Of a DNA stretch of 64,000 nt, positions 48,481 through 57,593 are shown piece after piece. Within the stretch, counting starts at the first letter, position 1. Every line of letters starts with the position of its first letter. The notes beneath the pieces were generated by a model. The model made no database searches. It was not told where the DNA came from and worked only from the letters and a program-made list of their open reading frames with translations. The position numbers were made by a program, and so were the translations under genes. Origin of the DNA: an uncultured Candidatus Binatia bacterium (lineage in GTDB: Bacteria > Desulfobacterota > Binatia > UBA9968 > JAJDTQ01); the NCBI GenBank assembly GCA_965213675.1, contig OZ243916.1:2720001-2784000 (forward strand), given 5' to 3'.

Positions 48481-49986
48481 GCCATCAAGACTGCGGAGAA
48501 CCTTGCCACGGCCCCCCACGACGTCAAAACGCTCGGTGCATACTTCACGCCGGAGGTAGTGGCGGATGCGTTGGTGCGATGGGCCGTTCGAGACCCTGGC
48601 GACCTCCTCCTCGATCCATCGAGCGGCGATGGCCGCTTTGTTGCACGTCATCCGAACAGCGTTGGCATCGAACGGGATCCGTCGTCGGTGGCACAAGCAT
48701 CCGCGCGTGCGCCGACTGCCACACTCGTAAACAGCGATTTCTTCACGTGGGTATCCGACGACCACCGCCAGTTTGACTGCGCAGCCGGTAATCCTCCGTT
48801 CATTCGGTATCAGCGGTTCAGCGGCCCGACCCGGCAGGCCGCACTCGACTACTGTCGCCGCCTTGGTGTTGTCTTCAGCGGTTTGTCGTCATCATGGGCA
48901 CCGTTTATCGTGGCGGCGGCCAGCAAGCTCCGTTCGGGTGGTCGGATCGCATTCGTCGTACCGGCGGAGATCGGTCATGCACCCTACGCCACGCCGCTCA
49001 TGGACTACCTTCTGGCCAACTTCGGTTCCGTGCACTTGGTCGCCATCAGAGAAAAAATCTTTCCACAGCTCTCGGAGGACTGTTGGCTGCTGTTCGCAGA
49101 CAGGGCCGGTTGTCAGGCGGACGGTATTCGTTTGTCGAAACTCGAACGATTCGACCCCAGTGTCATACCGCCAGCGGTGTCGGAACTGATATCGGTCGAG
49201 GAGTGGCGTGTCGGATGGAGTGGCAGGCTGCGGCCGTTCCTATTGCCGGCTCGCATCCGGAGCCTCTATCAGCGCATTGCGACCGACTCCGGGGCCGTCC
49301 GGCTCGGCCGAATCGCGCAGATCGGTATCGGATACGTCAGCGGCGCCAACCACTTCTTTCATCTACGCCCTTCCGACGTGGAGCGCTTACGGATACCCGA
49401 CAAATTCCTTGTGCCGTCGATCAGGAACAGTCGGTATGTCACCGGCGCCGAGATAAGCGACGCTGACATCGAGCGGTGGACCGAGAAAGACGAGCCCGTG
49501 TTCCTTTTGCGGATCCCGCCCCGCACACAGGTGCCCGCTACGGTCCAGGCGTATCTCGACACCGCGGAAGGACATCGTGCAAGAGGTTCCTACAAGTGCC
49601 GCAACCGCAAACCATGGTACACCGTTCCCGACGTTCGGCGTCCTGCGTTCGTACTCTCATATATGAGCGGCAGGTCTCCGACGCTCGTCGCGAATCGGAG
49701 CAGATGCACCTGCACGAATGCTCTCTTGGCAGTCGATCTCCGGCCCGGACTGTTCGACGGTGGTAGCGACTTCTGCGGCCAACGACTGTCAGCAGCGTGG
49801 GGTTCACCCATCGGGCGGCTGAGTTGCGAGATCGAAGGACATCCCCTGGGAGGCGGGATGCTCAAGCTCGAACCGGGAGAAGCGCGCAACGTGCTGTTGG
49901 CTCCGGACGCGGTGATCCACCAACCTGAGGGTGCCCTGCTCGACGAAGGGATCGAGGTGATGCGCCAATGGAGGCACATCGCGTGA
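48481..49986 (+). CDS. N6-adenine DNA methyltransferase (gamma class, Eco57I/TaqI-like)
   Basis: LGAYFTP motif X, DPSSGDGRF motif I, GNPPF motif IV, GGGMLKLEP; first in-frame canonical start (48559) is downstream of motif X, so the true start is uncertain. Confidence 0.88.
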   Translation, partial: AIKTAENLATAPHDVKTLGAYFTPEVVADALVRWAVRDPGDLLLDPSSGDGRFVARHPNSVGIERDPSSVAQASARAPTATLVNSDFFTWVSDDHRQFDCAAGNPPFIRYQRFSGPTRQAALDYCRRLGVVFSGLSSSWAPFIVAAASKLRSGGRIAFVVPAEIGHAPYATPLMDYLLANFGSVHLVAIREKIFPQLSEDCWLLFADRAGCQADGIRLSKLERFDPSVIPPAVSELISVEEWRVGWSGRLRPFLLPARIRSLYQRIATDSGAVRLGRIAQIGIGYVSGANHFFHLRPSDVERLRIPDKFLVPSIRNSRYVTGAEISDADIERWTEKDEPVFLLRIPPRTQVPATVQAYLDTAEGHRARGSYKCRNRKPWYTVPDVRRPAFVLSYMSGRSPTLVANRSRCTCTNALLAVDLRPGLFDGGSDFCGQRLSAAWGSPIGRLSCEIEGHPLGGGMLKLEPGEARNVLLAPDAVIHQPEGALLDEGIEVMRQWRHIA

Positions 49987-50876
49987 GTGCCTGCGAGTGG
50001 ATATCGCTCAGGTCGGCCCTTGCCCACTTCGTCGCGTTCCGCGGGGCGCCACAGAGCCAACGACACATCAAGCCGCTTCATTGGTACGTCGCCTGCCGGC
50101 TCGTCGTAGAAGGTGGATTTCACCCAGACGAGATCATGCCACGCCCGCCGTTCCGGGTGGACGGGAGCCGCAGACAGCCGGTGTTGATCCATGATCCGAG
50201 CCTCGGCGGTGCTGGTGAACGGACTGTCTACGGCGGTCTCAAGACCAAGGACGTAGACGTTGTCGTGACCAAGGAGGGGATCGGGCCGGTGCTCGCGGTC
50301 TCCTGCAAGGGCGCAATTGGTGCGTTCCGGAATCTCACGAATCGGATGGAAGAAGCGGTCGGCGACTGCACCAATCTTCACATCGCCTATCCGCCGCTCG
50401 TGTGCGGTTACTTGTTCATCATGCGGGCAAACCGCGCTGAGGAAATCCGGTTGGTCCGCCAACAGGAGTCATCGCAGCAGCCTGTCCGGCCGGTCGCGGA
50501 GAACGATGTGGCCCTTGACGACCGCGGCCAGCCAGTCGCTGCGGTTCGACGATTCCATGCGGCGCTTCGCGAATTGGCCGACAGACGCGGCATTCGAGAC
50601 GACGTTAGCCGGTACGAAGCGATCTCGCTCGCGCTCGCTTCGACCCGGTCGGAGGAGGTCGGAGAGATCGTCGACGAGTTCCCCGATCCAGGCAGTGCGC
50701 TACGGTTCGAACGGTTCTTCGATACGGTATACCGACAATACGACGAACGATTCGTCTACGCCGCTCCCGACCTCAGGAAGGTGACGGCTCGCAAGGAGTG
50801 GGCGAAGGCGTCCGAAGCCTTCCATACAACAACGCTGACCGACATGGACTACGAACCGAGAAGCGACGAGCCTTGA
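49983..50876 (+). CDS. putative type II restriction endonuclease
   Basis: GTGA overlap with the MTase; KDVDVVV..VLAVSCK PD-(D/E)XK-like core, NR.EEAVGD. Confidence 0.65.
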   Translation: MSACEWISLRSALAHFVAFRGAPQSQRHIKPLHWYVACRLVVEGGFHPDEIMPRPPFRVDGSRRQPVLIHDPSLGGAGERTVYGGLKTKDVDVVVTKEGIGPVLAVSCKGAIGAFRNLTNRMEEAVGDCTNLHIAYPPLVCGYLFIMRANRAEEIRLVRQQESSQQPVRPVAENDVALDDRGQPVAAVRRFHAALRELADRRGIRDDVSRYEAISLALASTRSEEVGEIVDEFPDPGSALRFERFFDTVYRQYDERFVYAAPDLRKVTARKEWAKASEAFHTTTLTDMDYEPRSDEP

Positions 50877-50910
50877 TCACCACCCGGAACGGCGCCTCCT
50901 AAGAGAACGA

Positions 50911-51951
50911 ATGAGCGACATCCAGTTCGACATCGGCTTCAGCTCGCGCACCGTCGCCTCCTACCCCCTCGCCCGGCGCATCGCCATCATCAAGAGCGCG
51001 GAGGCCCTCGGCTTCGATCGCCTGTGGCATTCCAACGAGAAGTTCGGCCGCGACATGGTGGCCAACATGACCCTCAGCGCCGTCCACACCAAGCGCATCG
51101 GCATCGGCGCCGCGGTCACCGACCCTTACAGCGTCCATCCCGCCCTCACCGCCGCCGCCATGGCCACGTTGGACGAAATCTCCTCGGGCCGCGTCATCGT
51201 CGGCATCGGCGCCGGCGGCTCCGGCTTTCCCGCCATGGGCATCCAGCGGGAACGCCCGGTGGCCGCCATGGCCGACGCCATCGCCATCATGCGCGGCATG
51301 TGGGCGGGCAAGCCCGCGACGGTGGACGGCAAGGTGGTGAGCGTGAAGAACGGCGTGTTGGGATTCAAGGCCCGACCCGATATCCGCATCGTCATCGCCA
51401 GCCGCGGCTCGGCGGTATTCCGCCTGACCGGACGCGTCGCCGACGGCGCCATGATCGCCACCATGGCCACCCCCGAGGGTGTCGGCGCCGCCTGGGACTT
51501 CGTCCGGCAGGGCGCGCGACAGGCCGGCCGCGACCCCGAGGAGATCGAGATCATCTCGAGGGTCGACACCTGCGTGGACCGGGACCGGGACAAGGCCCGG
51601 GCCGGAGTCCGGCAGATGATCGCCTTCCTGTTGTGGAGCAGCTACCCCAACCGGGACTTCGTCACCCAGTTGGGCATGGCGGTCCCCGCCGAACTGGAGG
51701 CCATGATCGCCAAGCGGGACTACGAGCTCATGTTCGAGGCCGGACCGCTGGTGCCCGAAGAGTTCGTGGACGCCTTCGCTTGGGCCGGCACCCCCGAGGA
51801 AGTCGCCGCCAAGATCAACCGCATCGCCGAAATGGGCATCCGCCGCTTCGGCACCTGGGTGCTCGCGCCACCGGAGGGCGGTATCGAGTCGGTGATTCAG
51901 TTGATCGCCGAGGAGGTGATGCCGCGGGTGCGTCTCCAAGTAGGTGGCTGA
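50911..51951 (+). CDS. LLM-class oxidoreductase (Mer-like)
   Basis: GFDRLW, IGAAVTDPY..HPA..A...ATLDEIS.GR, ADG, FAWAGTPEE. Confidence 0.88.
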   Translation: MSDIQFDIGFSSRTVASYPLARRIAIIKSAEALGFDRLWHSNEKFGRDMVANMTLSAVHTKRIGIGAAVTDPYSVHPALTAAAMATLDEISSGRVIVGIGAGGSGFPAMGIQRERPVAAMADAIAIMRGMWAGKPATVDGKVVSVKNGVLGFKARPDIRIVIASRGSAVFRLTGRVADGAMIATMATPEGVGAAWDFVRQGARQAGRDPEEIEIISRVDTCVDRDRDKARAGVRQMIAFLLWSSYPNRDFVTQLGMAVPAELEAMIAKRDYELMFEAGPLVPEEFVDAFAWAGTPEEVAAKINRIAEMGIRRFGTWVLAPPEGGIESVIQLIAEEVMPRVRLQVGG

Positions 51952-51992
51952 TCGTCTTCTTAAGGTGGCCGCTCGGCCACGGACAAGCCGCC

Positions 51993-52109
51993 TTATGGCA
52001 AAGCCTTCTCGACCTCGGCAAGAAACACGATCACGGACGCCGTCATGTGCAGCATATACGCCACAAGATGATCCGGCACCGAAATTGGTGTCGTACCTTG
52101 ACCATGGTC
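51993..52109 (-). pseudogene. C-terminal relic of an abortive-infection (Abi_C-like) gene
   Basis: manual translation DHGQGTTPISVPDHLVAYMLHMTASVIVFLAEVEKALP*; below the ORF-track cutoff. Confidence 0.6.
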
Positions 52110-52138
52110 ACTCAGGAGCCTGCGGCGCAGGCTCCTGA

Positions 52139-52532
52139 GGAAGATCTGAACAAGTAACCTTTCACACGTCATAATGAGGTTAAATTGCCGGGCACGGAGG
52201 GGGAACGGTGAGACGGGCGAGCTTTGCGGAGATGGAACACGATGGGAAGAAGCTGCGGACGCGGCGGGAGGAGTTTTTGGAGAAGATAGACGCGAGCATC
52301 ATGGTGGCGCCGTCTTCGACGAAGAACCTCAAGCGGGACCCTGAGATGCACCAGACGAAGAAGGGGAAGCAGTGAATCGAGACGCCGGAGTGGACTGGCA
52401 GGTGGCGATGAAGCCGTGTAAGCGCCAGAAGCTGGAGAGGACCGGACCGGAAGAGGCGGCGGAAAAGCGCAAGGCGTCGTCGATCGGACGTTTTCCACAT
52501 GCCCACCAAAACAGCGGCTGTTCAGACCTGCC
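52139..52532 (+). mobile_element. internally deleted IS5-family element (mini-IS)
   Basis: IRs GGAAGATCTGAACA / TGTTCAGACCTGCC, flanks CTGA/CTAA; fragments TRREEFLEK and DASI..APSSTKN..RDPEMHQTKKG.Q*. Confidence 0.85.
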
Positions 52533-53195
52533 CTAAGCGACCACCGGGTAGAAAGGTCGGCCCCAGTATTCCAGCGGGTTGTCCAACATCACGTCGACGA
52601 ACACGGGAATGAGGAAGGCAAGTATGGCGGTACCGTCGCGTACCTGAGCCCGGTTGATACGGCCGCCCCAGGTAGCGCCCCCATGCACGAGTTGGTTGCG
52701 GAGAACAGAGAGTCGATCGAATACCATGTCCAGAACGAACTCCGTGTTCTGTTGTGAGATGGCCTGGTGGAACCGGCGCTTGGCATTGTCGAACCGATCC
52801 TGCCAATCTTCCGTGCCCGTGATCCCGTTATGGTGCTGCCAGAATGGCCCGAACACGTACTGGTTCTCCATGAGTAGCCGTATGGGACCGGAGAAGTTAC
52901 TCCAAATCGCCCCGTAGATCCGTTGTTTACTGTCGAGAGACACCGCCTTCTGAAAGAAATCCGCGCGGAATTTCTGTTCAGAGGATGTGGGCACCCGAAA
53001 CACACTCTCGTCGGCGTAGACAGCGTTGAAGGCAATCCAAAAGAAGATGAAGCGAGCGTCGTCGTCCACTGCTCGCTCCGCCCGTCCGATCCAACTGATC
53101 GATCTATGGACGCGTAGGCGCAACGAATTTGGGACCTCGGCACACAATCGCTGTTCTTTGGCTCGAAGAGTCTCGTGGTTCAGGAAAGACTGCAT
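52533..53195 (-). CDS. HEPN domain protein
   Basis: R.HR.ISW..RAE, FI..WIAFNA.Y, RNQLVH (RX4H) motif. Confidence 0.8.
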   Translation of the reverse strand: MQSFLNHETLRAKEQRLCAEVPNSLRLRVHRSISWIGRAERAVDDDARFIFFWIAFNAVYADESVFRVPTSSEQKFRADFFQKAVSLDSKQRIYGAIWSNFSGPIRLLMENQYVFGPFWQHHNGITGTEDWQDRFDNAKRRFHQAISQQNTEFVLDMVFDRLSVLRNQLVHGGATWGGRINRAQVRDGTAILAFLIPVFVDVMLDNPLEYWGRPFYPVVA

Positions 53196-53540
53196 GGGCT
53201 GTACTCATGTTCCGTCAACCCTGAGCCCGGCGGTGCGCACAGTAATCGTTTCCAGAGCGGTCAGGCAGTCGTCGGTCATGATGACACCGACAAGGGGGTC
53301 GGCACGGTGGACGCCTGCGGCCTGACGCCGGATTTTACAGTGAATCATGAGGATCAGGGACGGGGAGCTGAGCAGGCGCTGTGTAGTGCGGTTGCCCATC
53401 GAAACGTTTCGGCATCTCCGCGCGTGCGCCGAGGACGACACCGGCTTTGCGAACCTGGGCGACGAGCGAGTCCCAAAGAAAGCACAAAGTGTCGCGAAAG
53501 AGAGATTGCACCGGGTTCCTTTCGGAGCTTACCAGTTGCC

Positions 53541-53906
53541 TCAGTTGGAGTAGACGAAGTGGTCGCCGAAGATGAACGGATCCGTGTTGTGCAGTCCGCG
53601 GTAGCTGTTCTTCGGGACCCAGTACGGAACCCAAGGGTAACGGGGAGCATGCGGAACGCCATCCTGTGGGTTGAATTCGCGAATGATGTCGGACTCGGGA
53701 TCCCACTCGCCCCACGCACACAGATCTCCGGTGTGCTTGTTGCCGGCCTCGTCGATCCAGCCGCCGCGGAACCGCATGACTTTTCGCTTGTGCGGGTTGC
53801 CCCTCTTCTTTCGATGGGTCTTGTTCCAACCGATCTTGCGATGGCGGTCGGGTTTGTGATCGTCTCCACAGTGCAGGAACTGAACGAAGCAACGCTTATC
53901 GGCCAT
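53541..53906 (-). pseudogene. hypothetical protein, probably truncated
   Basis: FVQFLH..WN..HKRK..WGEW.PES..NTDPFIFG..YSN then TGA; overlaps the upstream gene by 11 bp. Confidence 0.55.
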
Positions 53907-54699
53907 CCTGAAATTCCTTCAGCACTAGTTCGCCTGTCTTCTGCTTCTGCCCGTCCGTCAGCCAAACCGGTTTTAGGTTTGCTTCACCGAAAACGAACAG
54001 CGACCGTTCCCCGCCTACGTCGTACCAGCGTGCACGGATTTCGTATGGCCGGGACCGAAGTGCGCCGTCGCGTTTCCGCTTGAAAACATGGATGATTTTC
54101 CAATCGGTTTTCGGTACGCATCCGATGCGCTCAAGGTGAGGCTTCGCCACCGAAATTGCCACGATCTGTGGCTGCAGCTGTTCCAGCAGCATGTGCCAAA
54201 GTGGAACGCCGTCAGCTTGGAGAGCTGCACGATCGACCTTGTCGAGTCCGCTCCACGTAGGGTCCGTCGCCACGGGCGAGCAGATGTCCGTATGGATCAC
54301 TGTAGATGCGCCGCCCTCATAGTAACTCGACCCCAGCCCGTTGACTAGCGGCTCGAAGGCGTTGAACCACTCCCGGTACGGCTTGGTAGAGAAATAGGCC
54401 GACATTGCGTCGAGGTAGCGCGACGGCTCCCGGTTGCCCTCTGCTAGCGGGAAACGTTTGAACGGCTCGGCATCAGGAAACTCCTTCCGAGAAGGGTTTA
54501 GCCCAACCGTCAGCACGCGTAATGGGGAAGCGCGGTACGTACCAAGATCGCCGAAGAACAGGATCGGCACGGCCGGGGTAACGCGGCAAGTCCGATCGGC
54601 CACGCGGTCGAATGCACGCCAAGCCAGTGCAACAGTCTCCGAGAGCGGTGCACCGCGCTCTCGTCCGTTGGAAACTCTGTACAGCGAGCGACGACTCAT
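53896..54699 (-). CDS. hypothetical protein with a uracil-DNA-glycosylase-superfamily-like motif
   Basis: PILFFGD, VLTVGLNPS, HTDICSP.AT...W, LQPQIV. Confidence 0.65.
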   Translation of the reverse strand: MSRRSLYRVSNGRERGAPLSETVALAWRAFDRVADRTCRVTPAVPILFFGDLGTYRASPLRVLTVGLNPSRKEFPDAEPFKRFPLAEGNREPSRYLDAMSAYFSTKPYREWFNAFEPLVNGLGSSYYEGGASTVIHTDICSPVATDPTWSGLDKVDRAALQADGVPLWHMLLEQLQPQIVAISVAKPHLERIGCVPKTDWKIIHVFKRKRDGALRSRPYEIRARWYDVGGERSLFVFGEANLKPVWLTDGQKQKTGELVLKEFQDGR

Positions 54700-54853
54700 T
54701 TTACGGCGATATCCCGCTTACGGAGCTTACGATCACAGCTTACCATATCTTACCAAACGGCATCGCCGCGTCGTAGGTGCTCATGCCTTCATTTGGGATT
54801 TATAAAGACTACTAGACAGGCTCTCCGCGCTTCGGTATCATGAAGACGCGAAT

Positions 54854-55015
54854 CTAGTACCCTTGGGCGGCGGACCTTTCCGCAGCGTTCCCTTCTTCAA
54901 TCTTCTCGTCAGCAACTTTGAACATAGCCCTTGCGAGTTGCTGCGGGTCCGCCGGCATGGGCCGGCGATGTGCCGGTTCCCGTACTTCCTGATGTTTCGA
55001 CGACTTTGTAGCCAC
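54854..55015 (-). CDS. small hypothetical protein (53 aa)
   Basis: manual translation MATKSSKHQEVREPAHRRPMPADPQQLARAMFKVADEKIEEGNAAERSAAQGY*; GGAG RBS before GTG. Confidence 0.45.
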   Translation of the reverse strand: MATKSSKHQEVREPAHRRPMPADPQQLARAMFKVADEKIEEGNAAERSAAQGY

Positions 55016-55038
55016 TCGATTCTCCGCCGACTCGTCGT

Positions 55039-55242
55039 CTACGCCTCATACACCTCGCGAAAGACGTCAGCGAGTTCTTGTTCTTGCCAGGCCAAGTCTC
55101 TCCGAAGTTCATCAACTCTAGCGCGACGTGCATGCAACGTCTCCAGGAACAAGTCAAAATCACCGGATTCGGGCATTGGTATTCTGATTTCCCTTAACTG
55201 CTCAAATTTGATCTCTGTTGACGAGGAACCAGACACCAACCG
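55039..55242 (-). pseudogene. C-terminal remnant of an RM target-recognition/specificity domain
   Basis: GSSSTEIKFEQLREIRIPMP followed by a coiled helix; truncated by IS30. Confidence 0.6.
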
Positions 55243-55456
55243 GAGCATCCGAGAACACCAATGGTCTGCTGCGCCAGTACTTCCCCAAAGGTACTGACCT
55301 CAATCGGCACAGCGCTAACGACATTGCTGCTGTCGCCGCCACACTCAACCGCCGACCGCGGAAGACTCTCGGGTGGAGAACTCCATCCGAAGCCTTGAAC
55401 CAACTCCTACTCTTACACCAGCGAGGACGTGTTGCGACGACCCCTTGAAACCGGCC
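55243..55456 (+). mobile_element. IS30-family transposase 3' remnant and right end
   Basis: ENTNGLLRQYFPKGTDL..LNRRPRKTLGWRTP; end TTGAAACCGGCC. Confidence 0.9.
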
Positions 55457-55761
55457 AATACGCTTCGGCCGACTACCGGCGCCTGCTCGATGCCCACGGC
55501 ATCCAATGCTCCATGAGCCGGCGCGCCAACTGCTGGGACAACGCCGTCGTGGAGAGCTTCTTTGCTACCCTGAAAACCGAGCTTATCCACCACGTCGACT
55601 ACCCCACTCCAGCCGAAGCAAGGGCCGCGATCTTCGAGTTCATCGAGGTGTTCTACAATCGGCAACGTCGCCACTCCACCCTCGGCTACCACACACCAGC
55701 TGGCTTCGAGCGAATGGCACGCGTAGCTTAACCAAACTGTCCACCAATCCGGGGAAGGCCA
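55457..55761 (+). mobile_element. IS3-family OrfB 3' remnant and right end
   Basis: QYAS..SMSRRANCWDNAVVESFFATLKTE..FYNRQRRHSTLGY; end TGTCCACCAATCCGGGGAAGGCCA. Confidence 0.92.
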
Positions 55762-55906
55762 CCCGAACATTGCCAAGCTTCAGACGCCAGAGCGCGGGTC
55801 CCAGCGCTCCCGAGTCTTTCAGGCGGTCCAGCAGTTCGTCCGTCTGTGGCGTGGACTCGTCCTCGAACAGCCAAGCGACGGTGATGGAACAGTCCAGCAC
55901 GAACAT
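55762..55906 (-). pseudogene. VapC/PIN toxin truncated by IS3
   Basis: FVLDCSITVAWLFEDE..PALWRL.LGNV abuts the IS3 end. Confidence 0.85.
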
Positions 55907-55909
55907 CGT

Positions 55910-56149
55910 TCACCGCCGCCCTTCATCGCGCAGCTTCTTCCAGTCCAGACCTCCGAGCTTCAGACCCGACCGCAGGCTGCGAATGCCTTCGATCACCCGT
56001 TCTGTCGCCACCCGTTGCGCTTGCCCGGCAGCTATGAGGCGGGCTACGGGAACACCGCGCCGGGTAATTACCACTTCCTCTCCCTGGGTGACCTTGTCGA
56101 GCAGCGACGACAGATGTGTCTTCGCCTCGAACGCTCCGACTTCGATCAT
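55910..56149 (-). CDS. Phd/YefM antitoxin
   Basis: VGAFEAKTHLSSLLDKV..GEEVVITRRG.PVARL. Confidence 0.92.
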   Translation of the reverse strand: MIEVGAFEAKTHLSSLLDKVTQGEEVVITRRGVPVARLIAAGQAQRVATERVIEGIRSLRSGLKLGGLDWKKLRDEGRR

Positions 56150-56280
56150 GTGTCTTGCTCCAATCAACTAGTTGATCAGACCAGAATAGTGAAGGACGGT
56201 GATTTCGCAACCTCGCAGACGGTTGCGGCGGTCCACTTTACCAACGGAGCAATCGGTGCCGAGAACGACGATGCGACGGA

Positions 56281-57345
56281 TCACAGCCCCTCAAACGCCG
56301 AAAGCACCATCTCGACCAGAATCCGCGGCGGTCGCGTCAGCGGATCCGTGACCGGGATGCCGAGCTCGTCCTGGTATCCCGCGATGGCGGCGCTGACGTC
56401 GGCGTCGGTCATGTTCTCGTGGTTGAGGGTGAGGCCGATGACCTTTGTGTCGGAGAAGGTCTCGATGAGATGGATCTCGTCGGCCGGCTCCGGCATTGGC
56501 ATGTGTTCAAAGTCGGCACGATGGGCTCGTGCGGGTGCGTGCTGCAGCACGACGCCGTCGGGGCAGGCGCCGCGGAGGATCAAGGCGGAAGTGGGGTAGG
56601 CGGGGTGGCTGAGGGCGCCCTGCCCCTCGACAAAGATCACGTCGGGGTTCTCGGCTTCGAACGCTTCGATGATGGTCGCTTCGAGTTCGCCGGCGCAGAA
56701 CTGTGAAGGAAGGGCGTCGAGGGCGACGCCATAGCGCGCTCCCTGGATCAAGCCGGTCTGGCCGGTGCCGACCATGACCGCCTTGATGCCGCGGTCATTG
56801 AGTGCCTGGGTCATGACGGTGGCGGTGGTCCGCTTGCCAACGGAGCAATCGGTGCCGAGAACGGCGATGCGCTTGCAGGTGACCTCCGCGATACGGCCGC
56901 TGAAGGTCCGCAGGCCTTCCTTGGCCGGGGGCTTCCGGACGTCGAGGATGTCCACGTTCCGTGCGGCACTGGCCGCCACGAACTCCGGATCGTCGGTCAA
57001 GAATTCGTGAAGCCCGTTCACAACGTTCATTCCCAGGTCGATGGCCTCCAGCAGAACCCTCCGATCGCGGGTCGACAACGTGCCGCTCGCAGGAGCCATG
57101 CCGAAAATGAAGTAGTCGGGCGTGGTTCCGGCGCTCGCCAGCGCATCGGCCAGGTCGCGGCAAATGGGAATTCCGCTTGGCGGCCCGCCGAGCACGGCGC
57201 CGGCATCGAGACCGGCCTTCTCGCTGTCGATGACCGAAAGGATTCTATAGAGCTCCGAGTGACGGACGAGGCCGTTCGCCGTTTTCCCGTCAATGGCGCC
57301 GAAGTTCTCTTCGCAGTATACGGTTGCCGTCGCGGCTCCTGTCAC
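56281..57345 (-). CDS. DUF1611 family protein (DgcN-like)
   Basis: GKTANGLVR, NGLHEFL, GTDCSVGKRTT, TGQTG, VEGQGAL.HP. Confidence 0.9.
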   Translation of the reverse strand: MTGAATATVYCEENFGAIDGKTANGLVRHSELYRILSVIDSEKAGLDAGAVLGGPPSGIPICRDLADALASAGTTPDYFIFGMAPASGTLSTRDRRVLLEAIDLGMNVVNGLHEFLTDDPEFVAASAARNVDILDVRKPPAKEGLRTFSGRIAEVTCKRIAVLGTDCSVGKRTTATVMTQALNDRGIKAVMVGTGQTGLIQGARYGVALDALPSQFCAGELEATIIEAFEAENPDVIFVEGQGALSHPAYPTSALILRGACPDGVVLQHAPARAHRADFEHMPMPEPADEIHLIETFSDTKVIGLTLNHENMTDADVSAAIAGYQDELGIPVTDPLTRPPRILVEMVLSAFEGL

Positions 57346-57403
57346 CTTACCTCCATTTCATCCATCCTACTCCCACATTCCCTCACCAAAACCTCGACGA
57401 CCC

Positions 57404-57565
57404 TAGTGTGGTGTCTGGTTAGTTCGGGTCATAATCTGCGGGTCTTTTTCGCCGTCGGCTGCGTTGCTCTTCCTCGCGTGGTACACGCCACTGCTCGTCA
57501 TCGCGCCTTGCCGACAACAAAAAATCCTCCGCAGATTATGACCCGAATTAACCAGACACCACACT
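57404..57565. mobile_element. 162-bp MITE, copy 2 (inverted relative to copy 1)
   Basis: reverse complement of 33981-34142 with few differences. Confidence 0.85.
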
Positions 57566-57593
57566 GGCAAGCACTTGCAACGGTCGTTCGTCC

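Noticed and set aside
53541-53543. Selenocysteine or readthrough TGA after YSN
   Set aside because: A second in-frame stop follows after three codons, so readthrough would not restore a protein.
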